A program made the position numbers and the translations under genes. The notes beneath the pieces were generated by a model. That model searched no databases and was not told where the DNA came from. It saw nothing but the letters and a program-made list of their open reading frames with translations. This document shows positions 61,695 to 64,000 of a stretch of DNA of 64,000 nt, one piece after another (positions within the stretch are counted from its first letter, which is position 1; the number at the start of each line of letters is the position of its first letter). Source of the DNA: an uncultured cyanobacterium (lineage in GTDB: Bacteria > Cyanobacteriota > Cyanobacteriia > Cyanobacteriales > CAWCAG01). The stretch lies in contig CAWCAG010000005.1 in NCBI GenBank assembly GCA_963793425.1, forward strand, positions 1,408,001-1,472,000. The letters are read 5' to 3'.

Positions 61695-64000
61695 ATGGCT
61701 GAAGAGAAATCTAAAACTAAGGAAACTAAAACTCCCCCTGAATCGAAGGTTGCGATCGCCACCGCAACTAAAAGCGCCCAAGGTTTTGTGCAAACAGCAG
61801 TTAATGCTTTGATAAAATTTGTACCTATTGGTGGGAGTGGTTTTGCTTTTTTCTCTTTCCTCCTGCAACAGCAGTGGGTTTTAGTTTTAATTACTTTCCC
61901 GGCGACGGTGTTAGCTGTGATTTGGGCTGCTTATTCCGAAAGTGTTTTAACTCGGTTTTATAAGATTTACAAAGAAAAAGGGACAAAAGATGTTGATTCC
62001 TTGATGGCTTGGGTAGAGAAAATAGATCAGGCTATCAAAGAGACAATTAAATGGCAATTATCTGGAGTTGAAGACAAGTATTTAAAGTGCCAGGGTGATG
62101 ATTGTTTGTTTTACTCCACAGAAGGAACCCACAGTACTTTTAAACCTTTGCTTAAAGATGTTTTTGTTCCTTTGGAATTAAGCGGTAACTTTCTCCGGGA
62201 TACCATAGGGGAAAATATACCTAATCCCCGTGGTTATAAGTGGGATAAACAACTGATTCAATTAATGAATCAAAATGATGGTTTAACCATTTGGGATGTC
62301 TTAAAAAGAACTAAGAAAAATCCTTCTTATCGCACCTTAGCAATTTTGGCTTGGGGTGGTTATGGTAAAACAACTTTACTGCGTCACATCACCTACACCT
62401 ACGCTCAAAAGAAGTTACAAAGGGGTGTACCAAAACTTTTACCTGTGCTGCTTTTATTACGAAAATGGCAAACTTTAATTGTTAAGGAAAAGCCGGATTT
62501 AATTACTTTAATTGAAGAGCATCACATCCCCTCCCTACCCCAAGGAAAAAACCTCAAACGACCGAAGAATTGGGCGAGAAATTTGTTAGCTCAAAACAAA
62601 ATGTTAATCATGTTTGATGGCTTTGATGAGGTTAAGGAAGATTCACGGGAGTCTGTGGGGCAATGGATTGCCCAGATGATGCACGATTACTCCTCTGCTT
62701 ACTTTATTTTAACTTCCAGACCAGCAGGATATAAAAGTTATAAGGCGGAAAACAAACCCAATACTTTACGGTTAAAAGCTTTTAATGAAGACCAAAGGGA
62801 AAGGTTTATTCAAAAGTGGTATTTGAGTCGAGAACGGCAAATTAGTGCTGAACCTAATAACCCTGTGGTTAAGGAAGTTGCCCTACAAAAATCTGCTAAT
62901 TTAGTTGAGCAATTACAAGCTAGGGAAGAGTTAAATGATTTAGCCAAAAATCCCTTATTGCTAAATATGATTGTTAACTTACACAGTGTTGCACCAACGG
63001 ATCTTAGTGATTTATCTCGACAAATTCAATTACCCCAAAGAAGAAGCGCTTTGTATCGGGAAATCTTCCGTTTGCAGTTAGGGGATAGACCCTTGGTTAA
63101 GCAAATTGCCATGTGTTTGGAGGCGGAGGAATCTCAAAGGATTTTACAGGGTTTGGCTTTATTTATGGTGCAGGAAAATAAGCCAGCTATTGAGTATGGG
63201 GAGTTACAGGAAAGACTGCAAGAAGAAGTTGAAAAGTTAGATGAATCTGTGGATGTTGATAAGTTTATTAAGCAGATGAGTGATGTGAGTGAGTTGTTGG
63301 TTAAACGGGATGAAGATTATGAGTTTGCTCATCTTAGTTTTCAAGGTTATTTGGCAGCGAAGGAGATAATTCGTAGTAATAGGGAAGATTTATTAATTGC
63401 TAATTGGCAAAATTCTTGGTGGCGAGAAACTATTTTGCTTTATGCGGCACAGGTTAATCCTAATAATTTGCTGAGGCAGTTGATAGATGTTGGTACAGAA
63501 AAAGCGGTTGCTTTAGCTTATGATTGTCTTAAAGAAACTCCTCGTAAAGTTGAGCTTGAAGTAAAAAATAGGATTGAGTTAGAGGCAAAAAAGGAGTTAA
63601 AAGAATTAGAAATAAAGGTAGGAAATTTACTTTATCAACCTTTAGAAACTTACCTCAAAAATGGCCAGTGGAAGGAAGCAGATGAAGAAACTTATCGGGT
63701 AATGCTTCAAGTTGCAGGAAAAGAAGAAGAAGGATTACTTTGGGAAGAAGATATTAACAAGTTTCCCTGTGAAGATTTACGGACAATAAATGATTTATGG
63801 GTGAAATATAGTCAAGGAAAGTTGGGCTTTACTGTACAAAGAGATATATGGTTCTCCTGTGGTGGTAAAATAGGAGAATATAAATGGGAACCTGACGAAA
63901 AGTTTGCAGAGAAAGTGAGATGGTATAGTAATAAGAAATGGTTTGGGGAGATGGAGTATGACCTTTTAGCACCAAGAGGACATCTCCCAGCGGTGTTGTC
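61695..64000 (+). CDS. 3'-partial protein: N-terminal hydrophobic segment, NACHT NTPase, GUN4-like C-terminal domain (absent from the ORF track because no stop is in the window)
   Basis: Manual translation from ATG 61695: AWGGYGKTTLL, LIMFDGFDEV, LTSRPAGY, NPLLLNM, FAHLSFQGYLAA, then LKNGQWKEADEET..FPCEDLRTINDLWVKYSQGKLGF..APRGHLP. Confidence 0.88.
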   Translation, partial: MAEEKSKTKETKTPPESKVAIATATKSAQGFVQTAVNALIKFVPIGGSGFAFFSFLLQQQWVLVLITFPATVLAVIWAAYSESVLTRFYKIYKEKGTKDVDSLMAWVEKIDQAIKETIKWQLSGVEDKYLKCQGDDCLFYSTEGTHSTFKPLLKDVFVPLELSGNFLRDTIGENIPNPRGYKWDKQLIQLMNQNDGLTIWDVLKRTKKNPSYRTLAILAWGGYGKTTLLRHITYTYAQKKLQRGVPKLLPVLLLLRKWQTLIVKEKPDLITLIEEHHIPSLPQGKNLKRPKNWARNLLAQNKMLIMFDGFDEVKEDSRESVGQWIAQMMHDYSSAYFILTSRPAGYKSYKAENKPNTLRLKAFNEDQRERFIQKWYLSRERQISAEPNNPVVKEVALQKSANLVEQLQAREELNDLAKNPLLLNMIVNLHSVAPTDLSDLSRQIQLPQRRSALYREIFRLQLGDRPLVKQIAMCLEAEESQRILQGLALFMVQENKPAIEYGELQERLQEEVEKLDESVDVDKFIKQMSDVSELLVKRDEDYEFAHLSFQGYLAAKEIIRSNREDLLIANWQNSWWRETILLYAAQVNPNNLLRQLIDVGTEKAVALAYDCLKETPRKVELEVKNRIELEAKKELKELEIKVGNLLYQPLETYLKNGQWKEADEETYRVMLQVAGKEEEGLLWEEDINKFPCEDLRTINDLWVKYSQGKLGFTVQRDIWFSCGGKIGEYKWEPDEKFAEKVRWYSNKKWFGEMEYDLLAPRGHLPAVL

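Noticed and set aside
61659..61868. 69-aa minus-strand ORF
   Set aside because: Antisense to the start of the long NACHT-GUN4 frame
1..64000. tRNA/rRNA genes, intact transposases, integrases or prophage structural genes
   Set aside because: None recognised by eye; tRNAscan-SE and Infernal would be needed to exclude small RNAs

Overview
Cyanobacterial chromosomal window: AT-rich, many HIP1 GCGATCGC octamers, heptamer tandem repeats and GTAG-type REP hairpins. Most of it is housekeeping (rodA, Mrp/ApbC, cimA, msrA, uvrB, moeA, ispE, rsmA, class A PBP, tyrS, pyrF, thiE/thiS, pip, tatC, pheS, Crp, pgsA), interrupted by small accessory islets. Main points of interest: (1) a single-gene CARF-HEPN-mCpol fusion (41140-42666) with integron-cassette-like ends, lying between two Uma2 genes about 1 kb upstream of an RtcB RNA ligase with a palindrome in its promoter; this is a candidate self-contained cyclic-nucleotide defence system. 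(2) A 5-hmdU-kinase (aGPT-Pplase1)-like/MazG/DUF1643 DNA-modification islet with a collapsed thymidylate-synthase-like gene, bracketed by two nested pairs of HIP1-anchored direct repeats. (3) An orphan McnD/ApdC/AerJ-like flavin halogenase. (4) A STAND/NACHT (NLR-like) cluster at the right end. Several genes are eroded by internal deletions, and three long genes are split by single-base losses in homopolymers (possibly sequencing errors). I saw no rRNA, tRNA or CRISPR array. All family assignments are from motif recognition by eye, not from database searches.
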